Below, piece after piece: positions 1-9,649 of a stretch of 20,000 bases of DNA. This DNA is from Welwitschia mirabilis. Its lineage: Eukaryota. Location: the NCBI GenBank assembly GCA_051453625.1, contig JBOZIK010000001.1, positions 1,745,862-1,765,861 of the forward strand. The letters are read 5' to 3'. Position 1 is the stretch's first letter; each line of letters opens with the position of its first letter. Made by a program: the position numbers and the translations under genes. The notes under the pieces were generated by a model that had not been told where the DNA came from, searched no databases, and worked only from the letters and a program-made list of their open reading frames with translations.

Positions 1-241
1 TACCTCTCTAGAGAGCAGATAAAGAAGAGAAGTACTAAGAAGCCAATTTGAATATTCAACACCATGCAATAAAATCCAAGAAGGGCTAGCATGGTAATAA
101 TATAAATAATAAAGAAAGAAAATAGACATTTAAAAGAGAAAAATAGAATCAAAGAAGCTTTAAGATAAGTTGGTTGATATAGCTACATGATTATGTAAAA
201 TGCATGATATGAAATTAAATAGTGCATCCGTTAAGGGGATG

Positions 242-723
242 TACTAGATAACAATTAGAATGTTGTCATTAATGAGGTTATTATGAGGAAGGTAATGCCA
301 AAATTCCTAATATAGTTAGATTTACTACTAAATTGAAAGGATGAAATACACATACCTATGTAAGATACATAAATAAACAATGTATCTATGAGATTCTAAT
401 TAGAGATTATTTAGATATTATGATTATTATTATTCTTCATGTATAAATTGATAATCATATTTGAATTGAAAATGTGTGGGACTCATAGCCTCACTAGTAT
501 GGAATCAACTACTATACTCATTTTGCTCCCAGAGTTTGATGTTTCAATAGTTTACTTCATATTTATTTCTTATTAGGCTCTTAAATATTTTAGTTATATT
601 TTTTAAAACTTTATAGAATGTTTTTCCTCTTGACATTTTCAAGTTATCTCCTTCTTCACATCCTGTGCAAAGTTTAGATATTTAATGTCCTATAGTTAAG
701 AGGGTACCTATGATCCACTAGTA
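242..723 (+). mobile_element. Possible decayed 3' LTR of an upstream LTR retrotransposon
   Basis: Purine tract TTAAGGGGATG (231-241) directly precedes TACTAG (242-247). The inverted terminus CTAGTA is at 718-723 (TG..CA decayed to TA..TA). TATA-like TATAAA at ~442. Copia-like coding sequence begins right after 723. No partner LTR in the window. Confidence 0.3.
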
Positions 724-2626
724 ATAATTTCTTAGTTTCTTTTAGCTAGAATGATTTATTCATAATACAACTTAAAATAACTGAACATTTTCATGTGCCT
801 TATACATAAGAACATAGTTCTAGTGGAAACTCATAATTAGATTATCCTTGGAAGAAAGGAAGAATCATAATCTCCTCCAAAGACCAAAATGAGTACTTGA
901 TTAGAATCTACTCCATAAGATGTTTCTGAAGATGAAAAAATAGAACTAGACAAAGCTCTAGTGCATCTCTTAATGATGATGTTGAGATTCATCTCACATT
1001 GAATGGTGAACCAATCTTTTTCAAAGATGCCATTCTACATGATCACTCGGTCTAAGCCATGAAATAGAAATATAATGTACTTGTGGAAAATAACACATGG
1101 AAGTTTCTTGATCTTCTATTAGATCACACTACATTACCTAAAAATTCAATTTTACACAAATATATAAATTGGATAATACCCTTGAATGACACAAATCTTG
1201 GCTTATTGCTATAGGCCTATGTCAAAGAAAAGGATTATACTATAATGAAGTCTTTGCATGAAAAACTAAATGGATTAGCATCAAAACTATGATTTCTTTA
1301 GTAGCTTAGAAGGGATGGAAAATGCACCAATTAGGCATTAAGGCTATCTTTTTTAATAAAGATATAAAATAATAAATATATTTGATGTAACCTAAGTGTT
1401 TTTAAGTTAAAGGTAAGGAACAAAAAATGTGTAGAATAACTAAGTCACTCTATGAGCTAAAATAAGCTCTAAGGGCATGATATACATAACTTACTGGTTA
1501 TTTGGGCTTTATTGGATTTGAATTGCAATACTATCAAGATTTAGATGCCATACTATTCATTAAATTTCATGGATACAAATCTACATATGTAGTGATTTAT
1601 ATAGATGACATGTTGATAACTGATAGCAATGAAGTGGATGTGAATCATATAAAAATTACTTTAAGTAAAGCATTTAAAATTATTAATTTAAAATTAGGTA
1701 GATTATATCTTAATGTAGAAATGAATCAAATTAAAGAATGAAATATTCCTAGCTTAAAGGAAATACATTAGAGACTTGATTAAAAAATTTAGATTACAAA
1801 ATGCTAATAAGTTGTTAAACCTTTAGAACAAAATGTAAAAATTGATATTGATGAACATCTAGAATTAGCAAATAAAATCAAATACATAAAAATAGTTGAT
1901 AGTCTCATTTATGTTATCAATATTAGACTTGATATCCTATATATGGTTAGTGTATTATCTAGATATCTTTATGCATCAAAGATTAGGCATTTAAATACTA
2001 TTATGAAAGTATTGAGATATTTAAAAAATATAAAATACTTATGTCATACATATAATAAAAACTCTCAATTTGTTTTAAAGTCATACTCTAACTTAGACTT
2101 TATTAAAGACTTAAAAACATCCTTATTAATACCAAAATATGTTATGATTTTAGAAGCATTAATGTTGTTTTAATTATCTAATATCACAAAGTATTAACAT
2201 GATCCTCTACAAAATAAAATTATATAGCTACATTCACAATGTATAGAAAAATTAAATAGCTAAGAAATCATTGATAAGAAATTGACTTGCAGTAAATAAA
2301 AGTAACTAAGATCTTTATTGATAATTAATCTACTATTTAGATCATGAAAGATGTAATGCATCATTATAGGATAAAATGCTTTAAGCTGATAAAATTAGAA
2401 AACTTATAGATCAAGAAGTAATTATTAGTATGTTATCCATTTATAAAATAAATAGCTAATATTTTAACTAAACCACTTAGTTAAAAAAACTTTTAATAGT
2501 TTCAATCCAACAAAAGATAAATTATGGATTAATGAAACTCATTTTACTATAGTCATAAGGCTTTATTTGATTGCTAAAATTACTAAAAAAATCCTTTCTT
2601 ATTCTTAGTACTATAAGATGTATAGT
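724..2626 (+). pseudogene. Degenerate Ty1/copia pol (integrase-RT linker, reverse transcriptase, RNase H) plus 3' non-coding part, copy 1
   Basis: Motifs in canonical order with many stops and frameshifts: EPIFFKDA..AMK*KYNVLVENNTW (from 1008), KSLYELK*ALRA*Y (1442-1483, cf. KSLYGLKQAPRAWY), YIDDML (1598, cf. YVDD), VSVLSRY..KVLRYLK, LKSYSNLDF (cf. GYSDADW), IANILTKPL (2452-2478, cf. ADIFTKPL). Confidence 0.92.
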
Positions 2627-3709
2627 TGTTATGGTGTGTATTTGTGCAAGCATTTTATACTCAAAAATTTTCTATTATTTCATAAATAAAATAAATATCT
2701 TAAATAATACAACATTCTAGTATGAGTGGGAGTGAACCTGAATGTTATATTCTCATTAAAGACTATGAGATGAGACTAAGGATTACTTTTTACAAGAAAT
2801 AAAGTAACTAAAATTAAATAAAAATATAAGAAATAAAGATATAATGCAAATACAAATGCAACCTAACCTAAATGCAATGCAAAATAAAACTACACTACTT
2901 CCTTTAAGATTTAACAAAGGCTGCTCTAAATGATCTATATCATCCAAGAAATTATCACTAGATCAAGGGCAACATAAACCATAAGAGATATCTAATAAAC
3001 TAACATAAAATAAAAAAATAGATATTATATTAAGAAGTAACAACATCTTAGTTACAAAATACTAGACATCAATGGAGGATACATAGCCCTCCACTAAGGG
3101 AAGGTCTTTCTCCAACACTTAATATGGATCTTCTATCCTTCTATCTCCTATCACGATAATTTCTAGTGTAACAAAGATAGAGATGAGAATCAAAGTAGGA
3201 CTTATTTATAGGGTTCCTAATTAGAAAATGACAAACAGAAACTATTATAATACACACTCTTTTATAGATAAGAAATAGACAAAACAGTCAAAGGTTAACT
3301 ATCAGAGCTAGCTAGAATGGCAGTTTCATTCTGACTATCATCTAGATGACATATGGTATAATAACTTATTATAAAAGTTTACTTAGTAGATGACTTAGTA
3401 GATGAATTAATGGTCCTCATGAGCATCTAATGGTGTCATTGTCCTACCTATCATGAGGAAAATAGAGGAAACTATGTTCTTCTTTATCATTCAAGTTAGC
3501 ATAAGCTATACTTTTCTATCAGAAATCTTCTTTCATAGCCATGAGTATCAAAATGTATCATAAATGCCCCAAATATTGTTAAAAATTACACATTTCCTAT
3601 ATCTTTTTTGATTTTCCAAAATCCTTAGAATTTTGCCTAAATCTATGTAAATTTGTTGTGAAACAGCTCATAAAAACCCATAAAATAACCATAAATTAAT
3701 AGTGCAACA
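2627..3709 (-). repeat. 3' LTR of Athila-like element
   Basis: TGTT...AACA termini. Aligns end to end with 8517-9587 (roughly 75-80% identity by eye over the first 75 nt). Minus-strand CCTATAAATAAG at 3201-3212. Confidence 0.88.
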
Positions 3710-3726
3710 TATCCCTCCACTTAGCC
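3710..3726 (-). other. Polypurine tract of Athila-like element
   Basis: Minus strand reads GGCTAAGTGGAGGGATA immediately before the LTR start TGTTGCAC. Confidence 0.7.
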
Positions 3727-4856
3727 TTTATTACTTCTTGATAAAAACCGGGTAAAAAACCACAATTGCGAGCTAATTATTCTTATAAAAAATCAACTTT
3801 AAAAAATATAAAATAGAATAATAAAAGATATCACATTGCAAACTAACATGGAATCCATAATGTATATGAAAATTTAAAATTTAAAATAGATCATGAAAAT
3901 GGGTTTTATAAAAAAAAAAGCTCCATGTTAATTAATAAACTAAAGAAAACAGATAGAAGTGAGAAGGTAGATGATGGATGATTTTAAATTTAAATAACTT
4001 TTTAAATTACATGTAAAGCCAAGTAAAAAAATGTCAGATTTGAAAAATATAGATCTATTAAAAATTCTAACAAGCAAGGAGTAAAAAAAATGTTCTATCA
4101 TAAAAATTATTAAGAGAAGCATTTACAACTTCAAAAGACTAGAAAATAAATATCACAAAATTATTAAGAAAATTTATTTAAGTAAAAAACCAACTCTTTA
4201 TTAAAAACTAGGTAAGGAAAATATGGTAATGACTTCAAAATAACTAACTGAATAATAAAATAAAATAAAAAAATTAACATAAGGTAACATAAATAAAATA
4301 TAGCCCATCTATCCAAAATTTTAACTTAGTAGACTCCTGTGAGAGCAATCATAACATCACTTGATTTCTTAAAATGCATGACTTAATGTATAAAAGTTTT
4401 CAATCAATAAGGTAGTGGTTATGATAATGCTAAAAATAAAATGATTTAAGCAATAAATGTTTATACCAAAAAATTACTCAAAAATAAACTCAACTACCAA
4501 CATCTCAAAATAAACACCTAAATCTCAAGAAATAAAATGATCATGTAAAAAGACTAAGAATCTAGAAAATAAAAAATGCCTTTGATAATACCAAAAACAC
4601 CACTGATCTCATAGCCTTCTAGTTTTTATTATTTTATTATCCATAATGAGGGGAGTGCAACCATAGTCAGAGAAGTAACAACCCATGAAGCATGACCCAT
4701 TGACCTCCCAGTGGAGTTCCCACAACTATCATATTACACTTCTAAAGGCTCCTCTTGGAAAATTTACCCCAGTGTACTTATGGTAGGACATTATGATAAC
4801 CATGTTTTTGAACTATCTCAAATAAAAAATCATGGTCTTATTTCACATATTTCTTG

Positions 4857-4891
4857 TTCTTCTTCTTCTTCTTCTTCTTCTTCTTCTTCTT
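4857..4891. repeat. (TTC)11 microsatellite
   Basis: Perfect TTC run read directly. It explains the poly-Ser in ORF 4711..4905. Confidence 0.95.
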
Positions 4892-5904
4892 TTAACACAA
4901 AATAAAAAATGAAAGCATTTCACATGACCAAACACTCCAAAAGATAAAGATGAAGTCATAATATAAAGACAGAAATGAATATCTTTAAATAATCTAAGAC
5001 CTTCTTACTATTGAGAAAAACATAAAAAAAAATCTTCCTTTAAATTGAAGTTCATAAATGTCTTAAGATTGGGTGAATCCAATCTTACCACTTTAAAATG
5101 CCTAAGTCAAAAGACTAGTCATAGAATAGATACATAATTCATGTTTGAAAGATGATCAAGTAATGTCATATTGATCTTCAAGAAAAATGCTAAGAGAAAA
5201 TTCAAATAGTTACTAAAATATTTTTTAGCCTTTATCCATTAACTTTCTGAAATTCTTAAGTGGCTAAATCAAAAATTTCAACAAAGCCATTAAAATGTAT
5301 TTTTTCAAAATAACAGAAAATTAAAATAATAAATAATTAATAGTCATCCTTCTTGTCATCTAGACAATAGAGAGGATGATAAAGATAGAAAGTAAGAAAT
5401 AGAAAGCAGAAATCTAAAAGAAAACTGAAGGGAGAAAACAAAGACTATCATCTAGATTATCATGGGAATGACATAAGGGACAACACACACCAAAAATTAA
5501 AATGGAAGGCTAAAAATAAAATCAAAGTCAAAATCATAAGGAAAAAAGAAAACACCAAAGCTAGAAAATTTTATTTAAATCCTAAAATCTATTCAACACT
5601 TTTATTGAAAGGAAAAAAAGGGGAAAGATTTGTTTTGTATTATTTTTAGAGAAATAAGGCCCAAACCAAATGTTCACCAATTGATAAAACATAAAAGATA
5701 CGCAATTATTTTTAAGTAAAACCAATTGGAAGAAGAGAGAATAAAAAGATAATACTTTGATAGCACAAATTTCAAAATTCAAATAAGAGAAAAACAAGTG
5801 ATAAGTATCATTAAGAAATAATCTCTTATAAAAAATTTGTGAATCCTAAGTATCATTATAAAAAGCATATGAGAAGGATCTCAAAGAAAGTTTTAAAGAT
5901 GATT

Positions 5905-7772
5905 TTAAAGGTTCTTTAAAATGTTCTCTATCATTTGATTCAAGATATGGATTTTTAGTAGGAAAACAAGGCTTTTTCCAATGAGCACATGACATTTTAT
6001 TTTTACAAGATCTACCAGCAATCTAAAAGATAAAAAATATATATAACTCATGGAAAAACAATCTCTTATCAAAATCATAATATAAAGGGTTTGAAACATA
6101 AATTACATTTAGAGCTTGATACTAAACATGAGAGGTATTATTTAAGATCCAAGGATTTGTAAGAAACTTCTTAACATGAGTGATTAAAATAGGTCTCACA
6201 TACCTAAAAAGATCTTTAACTTTAATTTTAAATATGGATTTGGATCAAGAAGATATGGCTTGCCCCAATTTAGAGTTCTAAGATATTCCAAGTCTTGTTT
6301 TTGAAAAGAATCATCATTAAAAGCATAAGGTAGAGTTGGCTTTGCAAAAGAGGAAAAGATGTTACTTTTTTCAGCACATAAACTTTTCAAAGGAAAGGAT
6401 TGTGGGATTTTTGAAGTTGAGTCCTCAAGATGATGTGGCTTATTACTTTTAAGGACAAAGATGTGGTTTGAAGAGTTAATTGAATTCTTTCTTCATTAAT
6501 CATATCTCCCTCTTCTTTATTTTTTATTGTATCTTGCTCTTCTTTTTTATTTTGTTGAGTATTATTTTCTTATAAGTTAGTGGATTCCTCAAAAAGATCA
6601 TTAAAAAGACTATATAAAAGAAGCTCTCATTGTCTTCATTATGTAATGAAATATGTTCTAATATTTCTTGATTTGTCTCCTCGTCCTCTATGAATAATTT
6701 TGTTAACTTCAAGTTGCTATTACTGAGTTGATTCTTTTTTATTAATTTTTCCTAGTACTCATCTCTATTAATCTCATAAGTTGAGCCTCTTTTAAAGGTG
6801 GAACACCTTCATCCCTACAAAGTATGTGAAAACAAGGGATATGCTCTAATATTTCAATGTTATCATCATTTTCTTATCTTATTGCATGTTATTGTTTTCA
6901 TGAGAAGGAGAAATGCGATCATGATGTCTATCATAGATTAAAAAATTTTTAGATTTTTTTTGAAAGTATTCTTCATCTAGTAAATGGGTTTCAGAAATAT
7001 AATCTAATACCTTAATATCATCATTTAACAAATGATCATCCTCATCTTTATTGTTTAAAGATATCATTGAATTATTGTTGTCTCCTCTTTTTACATCTTC
7101 TAAATTTTGTAATAATGTTTGCTACAATATTTTAATCAAATTTTCCATGTTTTTGTTGGTTTTTTCCTGGTTCTTTATCATTTTGTTAATCATTTCTCTC
7201 ATTGGATTATTTTCTTCCTCATAGTATTAATGAGAGATGGTTCTTCTTCATAGTAATGCATGGGATATGGATGAAATGGATAAAAGTAATTGTACGAGGT
7301 TGAACCCCTAATATTTTCATTATTATTTCTATATGAAGTTTGAAAAGAAGATGGGAAATAATAAGATGGTTGAAAAAAGGAATGGGTGCAATCCCTACTC
7401 TCAACATCATTTTGTGTTGTTATCCCTATTTTTGTAAGAAGTTATCGAAGTTTTTTCTTACTATTATCCTCAGATTTTTTCAAGTTTCTCCTTCTTTTAG
7501 CAAGAATTTCCCCAAGGGTCATTGTAATACTATTGATAATTGAGAAGAATGGGAAAAAGAAAAACTAATTTAAGATGAAGTTAAGTGCATAGTGATAGTT
7601 GAGTTTTCCTTTCTTTGATGTTTTAACAAAAGTGAACTCAGAACAAATATTGTATGCACCTAGAGATTACGTTTCTAACTCTATTTCAAAGATGATCAAT
7701 CCTTCTCTGATACTTTCTTTTATCAATAGCCCATTTTCTTTGATATTTCTTTTTCTGGACTAACCATGTCAT
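5905..7772 (-). pseudogene. Decayed ORF at the gag position of the Athila-like element, product unrecognised
   Basis: Minus-strand fragments 7410-7219, 7067-6879, 6712-6524, 6390-6196 and 6099-5905 are collinear. A manual read gives ..MTLGEILAKRRRNLKKSEDNSKKKLR*LLTKIG.. (ATG at 7522), a Y/P/F-rich tract, a helical EENNPMREMINKMIKNQEK segment, an acidic tract and a hydrophobic end. Many stops are TAA/TAG, compatible with decayed Gln codons. Boundaries are approximate. Confidence 0.5.
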
Positions 7773-7938
7773 AGTATTCTGTAATCAGAAAATAACAAAA
7801 AAAAAAAAAATCAAAAATAACAAACTGTCATTCTGAGCCCTTTTTCTTTGATATTTCTTTTTCTGGACTAACCATGTCATAGTATTCTACAATCAGAAAA
7901 TAACAAAAAAAAAATCAAAACAATAAACTGTCATCCTG
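7728..7938. repeat. Tandem duplication, two units of ~105 bp
   Basis: Units 7728-7835 and 7836-7938 both read AGCCC.TTTTCTTTGATATTTCTTTTTCTGGACTAACCATGTCATAGTATTCT..AATCAGAAAATAAC(A)n TCAAAA..AAACTGTCAT, with few differences. Confidence 0.93.
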
Positions 7939-8204
7939 TCTATCGTGGGAATGGTAGAGGGGATGATGAATATAGAGAGCACAAAATAGAAACTTAATAG
8001 AGCAAAAAGATAAAAACTGGGAAAACGCATAGGTTGTCGTCCAAACAGATCATGCAAATGACATAGGAGATGATGAAATTACTATTATGCTTATAAAAAC
8101 TGCTATTCAAAATTCAAAAATAGAAGGTAAAAGAACAGAAAAATAAGTGGTCATTCACCTGGTCATGAGGATGACAAAGGAGATGATAACTATTGTTACA
8201 GTCT

Positions 8205-8392
8205 AGAAAAAACTGAGAACCAAAAAATCGAAAAAATAAAACTTGAAAACTAAAAAAACCAAAAAAATAAAAATTGAGAACCTAAAAACCAAAAAACTAA
8301 AAAAATGAAAATCACAAAGAAAAAACCGAAAAAATGAAAACTGAGAACTGAAAAACCAAAAAATTGAAACTAAAAAACTACAAATATAAAAC
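8205..8392. repeat. Degenerate A-rich short-period tandem repeat in the element 5' leader
   Basis: Recurrent ~7-8 bp AAAAA(C/T)(C/T)(G/A) units, with AAAA(C/T)TGAGAAC recurring at ~8209, ~8270 and ~8337. Confidence 0.7.
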
Positions 8393-8495
8393 CTAAGCTC
8401 CTAATTAAAATACAATGTTGTTATGGATAAATAACCAAATGGAAATCTAATGTACTTACCCAAACGATGACAATCCTCATGCTCCTCAGTAGTCT

Positions 8496-8513
8496 TCTCT
8501 GGCAACCATGCTA
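8496..8513 (-). other. Decayed primer binding site, tRNA-Asp type
   Basis: Minus strand TAGCATGGTTGCCAGAGA versus canonical Athila TGGCGCCGTTGCCGGGGA: 12/18 match, 5 of 6 mismatches are transitions. Lies 3 nt from the LTR edge. Confidence 0.7.
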
Positions 8514-8516
8514 CTT

Positions 8517-9587
8517 TTTTATGATGTGTATTTATGCAAATGTTTATACTCAAAGAGATCTTATCATTCATAAATAAAATAGATATATTACATAATACAA
8601 TACACTAGTATAGTTAGGAGTAAACTTGAATATCGTATCTCATTGAAGACTTACGAGAGAAGAACAAGGATTGATTTTCACCAAAGTAAAGTAACTAAAC
8701 TTAAAGAACTATGCAGAAAATAAAGATGTAATGCAAATGCAAATGAAACCTAACCTAAATGCAATGCAAAACAAATCTAAACTACTTTATTTTCATTCTT
8801 AATGAAGGATATCCTTAAGATCTATATCATCAATGAAATTGTCACCAAATTAAGGGTAATATAAACCATAAGGAACATCTGACAAACTAACATGTACAAA
8901 AGAAAAATATAGTTTTATATTAAAAGGATTAACATCTAGGTTATAAAACAACTGGGCCTTAATGGAGAATACACAACTCTCCACCAAGGAAATATCTTTC
9001 TATAACTCTTAAGATGGATCTCCCACCCTTTGATCTCCTATCACAAGAAACTTAGGTGCAATGAAGATGAAGAAAAGAGTTAAAGGGAAACTTATTTATA
9101 GGGTTATAAGCTAGAAAATTACAAATAAAATGTGTTGTAATATGCACTCCTTTACATAAAATAAATGGATAAAATGGTCAAAGACTGACTTTCAAAGTCG
9201 ATTACAATGTTAGTGTCATCCTGACTATCATTTAGATGATGATGGAAATAACAACTCATTTCAAAAGATGACTCAACAGTGTTTTAGTAGTCCATATTAG
9301 CATCAAATATTGTCATCATTTTGTCTGTCATGGGGATGACAAAGGGGATGATGATCTTCTTTAATCATTTTATTGAAAAGAAGCTAACATTTCTGTCAAT
9401 AATCTTCCTTTAAAGCTCTATGTATCAGAATGTATCTTTAATGCCTCAAATCTTAGTAAGAATTACATATTTCTAAGATCTTCTATTGATTCTCCAAATT
9501 TCTCAGAATTACATCTAAGCCTGTGCAAATGTCTTATAAAATAGCTCATAAAACCCTATCAAATAACCATAAATTGGTATTGCAATA
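8517..9587 (-). repeat. 5' LTR of Athila-like element
   Basis: Homologous to 2627-3709. Termini have decayed to TTTT...AATA. Confidence 0.88.
9091..9102 (-). promoter_or_regulatory. LTR TATA box
   Basis: CCTATAAATAAG on the minus strand, identical in the other LTR (3201-3212) despite the surrounding divergence. Confidence 0.65.
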
Positions 9588-9649
9588 ATCCACCTCCCTA
9601 GTTAATGTGTTGAAGAAGAATGAAGAAGAATCTTAGCATGCAGTTCCAT

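Larger units (their letters stand above)
2627..9587 (-). mobile_element. Non-autonomous Athila-like Ty3/gypsy LTR retrotransposon (~6.96 kb, no pol detected)
   Basis: Two ~1.07-1.08 kb direct repeats (2627-3709, 8517-9587). Decayed tRNA-Asp PBS next to the right LTR and PPT next to the left LTR, both on the minus strand. Decayed minus-strand ORF inside. No protease, RT, RNase H or integrase motifs recognised. Confidence 0.8.

Noticed and set aside
3940..5797. Short ORFs 3940..4122, 4711..4905 and 5582..5797 as genes
   Set aside because: F/L/I-rich products of AT-rich non-coding DNA or a microsatellite, with no motifs.
7340..7568. Plus-strand ORFs 7340..7543 and 7386..7568
   Set aside because: Antisense shadows of the decayed minus-strand element ORF.
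8496..8513. tRNA gene fragment
   Set aside because: Only an 18-nt 3'-end match next to an LTR with no cloverleaf, so it is a PBS.
3325..9353. Palindromic repeats with spacers as a CRISPR-like array
   Set aside because: Repeats are degenerate, scattered in clusters of 2-3 inside an LTR element, spaced ~100 bp, with no cas genes and a eukaryotic context.
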